This document shows positions 61,770 to 64,000 of a DNA stretch of 64,000 nt, one piece after another. The position numbers were made by a program, and so were the translations under genes. The stretch lies in NCBI GenBank assembly GCA_010093605.1, contig MU004188.1, positions 623,673 through 687,672 on the forward strand, written 5' to 3'. The notes below the pieces were generated by a model. The model was not told the origin of the DNA and made no database searches. It saw only the letters and a program-made list of their open reading frames with translations. The number at the start of each line of letters is the position of its first letter. Position 1 is the stretch's first letter. Source of the stretch: Lophium mytilinum (taxonomy: Eukaryota).

Positions 61770-62640
61770 TCATCTGGTACCTTGTCTGTCCCCTTCCTTA
61801 GGTCCCTCCGAGCTCTGGGACGAGCCCGAACGGGGGTGTCGTGAGACAGGAAGGGGAATTTGCTCTAGCGCGATGCCCGGAGGCGACCACCCCACAGACA
61901 TGGGGTAAGTCTGTGGAGAGATTCGATGACGCGCATAGGAGAGAAAGTGACCGACCTTGCAATGATGAAAACGCCAATAGGCTAGAGCTGAGCTTGGTCG
62001 ATGGGATAGACTCGTTGAATCTAATACGCAAGGCGGGATGAAAGTCCAACATATCAGCATACTCGTCTGTATTCAGCGAAGCCCCACGTGGGCTCATCCT
62101 CAACCCGATACGTGCAAGAAGTATGACTGACCTTGGAATGAAGAGAACGACGTCGAGGGCTGGGGCCAAACATCATGTGTGGAAGCTCCGAGTAGGCGTT
62201 GGGCTTAGTGATGATGAGCCGAAACGACCTCGAAGGTATGCCGGAACTCGCAAAGCATCAGAGAGTGTTGTTGAGTTGGAGATCGAATGAGGATCAAGTG
62301 GATTAGAAGTCGAATAAGGCCTGGATGGGTTGGGAAACATGAAGATGCAGTCGATGTTGCTCTGAGTGGCATCAGTAAGCAAGAATGAAGTAGTTGAGTG
62401 CTGGAGATGACGACTTACAGGTTGATATGAGAAGCCGGACGATGGAACTCCGGAGAGTGTTAGTAACAGAGCAGGCTTGGGTGATGATAGAGAAGGAAGA
62501 GAAAGCGAGATGATTGAAGAAGAACGATACTGTTGAAGGACGATGCTGTTGAAGAATGAAGGGTGGATGGTGGAACTGAGTCGATGATTTGTGAAGAAAA
62601 GAAGAGAAGAAAGGCAGAGGGGAAGATGTTTATATACCTG
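61770..62640 (-). other. Putative spliced transcription unit without a long ORF (lncRNA, small-ORF gene or decayed gene)
   Basis: TATATAAA at 62636-62629 with a CT-rich leader. Intron-like segments are GTAAGT..CTGAT..CAG (62418-62362) and GTCAGT..GCTGAT..TAG (62131-62021). The first ATG after intron 1 opens only a 55-aa ORF (62340-62173). Confidence 0.35.
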
Positions 62641-63900
62641 GAAATCTGGACAGAGCAGGATCGTTGCTAGAGGAAGGGAGGAGGTAAGTATCGCATGATA
62701 CTTCCGCAGATTGAGTTCTTTACTGCTTTGTGTTACAGCAAGTGCGGTATGGAACCTCTTGCGGCTCCTGTATTCCACACGGCTATTGCTTAGACAGCAG
62801 GTAACACCACTGATGTTGATGCTAGGGAGGTAACAGCGTGCAGTGAGAACGCGAAAGTGGCTCAATTGCGAAGTAACAGATGGTCAGATAGATGGCGTTG
62901 GGCGTGAAGTTCCCTCTGAAATGGATAAGAGCGCTGCTGATGCTAATGGCGGAGAAGGAAGAGTGTAGGATTAGAGGGCCAGAACTCTCTCGGACATGAA
63001 GTAGCAACTGGTTAAACGGAAAACTGCCTTTATCAGGGGAAGTAGCAATCCATCGTGTGAGGCAGTCAGGGTTTTTGACTATGGATAGGGGAAGTCACGA
63101 TGTTTATCGCGCCGCTCGAGATATATCAAAACACTTTGAGGGCTTTTAAGGTACATTTATCTTGCAGATTCATAAATAGAGACAATCCAACCCCTTAAGA
63201 TGAGATGGGCAGGACAGCTTCAGTGACGTTGATTGATGCCGGACGTTGGGATAGATAAGGGGCCCCTTGTCCATCCGTGAAGAAGTAACAATTACATATA
63301 CTTTAGGGTTATCCTGTATAGTGGAAGAATGAGTCCTATATATCTTTGAGGTATTAACTAAATACCACATTCTAGGTATTATTTAGAAAATATAAGAAGC
63401 AACATTCAGGTTTAGATTAAAAGTCTTCCCTTAGAAGGCGTTCAACATCGCCAAACGCGCCCATTAGCGGTAGTACAAGGATTGCGCATGTTCTATCTTG
63501 AGGTCGCCGGAGACACCTCACATATGCCACTGAAAAGAAATCACAAGTAATTATACTCTACCTCAATCTGATGGTCTGAAGCGGTTTGAATCTCGCTTGA
63601 TTATACACTACGTTCATACTATCATATTCGTGTCGTATCCGTTTCATTGAGCGAGCGTCGTCGTTCACATTCATCTTCCATCAGCTCTCATATCAAACTT
63701 TAAACATTACCACTGCCAGCAACCACTCGTCCCTCCCTTCCTCATTTTGACGCCTTATTCAAACCTTCTCAAAGGCGAACAACTCACTCAGCGAAGTCCA
63801 ATTATTCTGTGATGGATACATGCAGGGTGTAAATGTCAGCCTTGAGCGTGTACATACGGCATACCTAAGTACGTTCACATGTGTGAGGCGACTCTTCTGT

Positions 63901-63924
63901 CCAATCAGCTGGAGGATATAAAAG
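63901..63924 (+). promoter_or_regulatory. CCAAT plus TATAAAA core promoter, probably for a gene beyond the right edge
   Basis: CCAATCAGCTGGAGGATATAAAAG is followed by a C-rich leader-like sequence up to the window end. Confidence 0.35.
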
Positions 63925-64000
63925 TGGAGGTGCTGCGCCGCACCAGCCACACCTGTACCTTCCGCCAAGGCCACCTTCGTCTTCTACAACTCCCCCGACC

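Noticed and set aside
63280..63430. AT-rich patch containing one TTAGGG
   Set aside because: A single hexamer is not a telomeric array. It might be a small RIP remnant, but that cannot be identified.

Overview
Intron-containing filamentous ascomycete DNA (GT..AG introns with CTRAY branch sites; Pezizomycotina, possibly Eurotiomycetes, by inference from protein similarity). Positions 1 to ~51.8 kb are gene-dense. They hold mostly conserved housekeeping genes: DBP10 5' end, RFA2, a CIA30-family gene, TEX1/THOC3, a DHA1 MFS pump, a NIT-family amidase, TMF1/SGM1, NAS6, LEU5, a METTL4-like MT-A70 gene, ERB1, PRP5, SEN54, DUF866, an HpcH aldolase, a glutaredoxin-like gene and a CHORD-CS gene. Accessory content lies between them: three F-box-like genes at 3.8-11.6 kb, an 89-aa secreted Cys-rich peptide that the ORF track truncates, a Zap1/ZafA-like C2H2 factor with a 22-Cys tract, and a divergent SDR/Zn2Cys6 pair. 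The most unusual non-coding signal is a set of hairpin-rich, transition-mutated tandem repeats with 140-230 bp units: 9.41-10.0 kb (x4), 10.07-10.49 kb (x2), 23.4-23.7 kb (x2) and 40.63-42.27 kb (x10), plus a solo copy of the first family at 25.5 kb. Most of these sit between convergent gene ends. The 10-unit array carries a palindrome followed by CTRR, resembling a Helitron 3' terminus. The last ~12 kb has no recognisable intact gene, only ORF fragments and a spliced TATA-driven unit without a long ORF. All calls were made by eye with no database searches, and exon boundaries are predicted.
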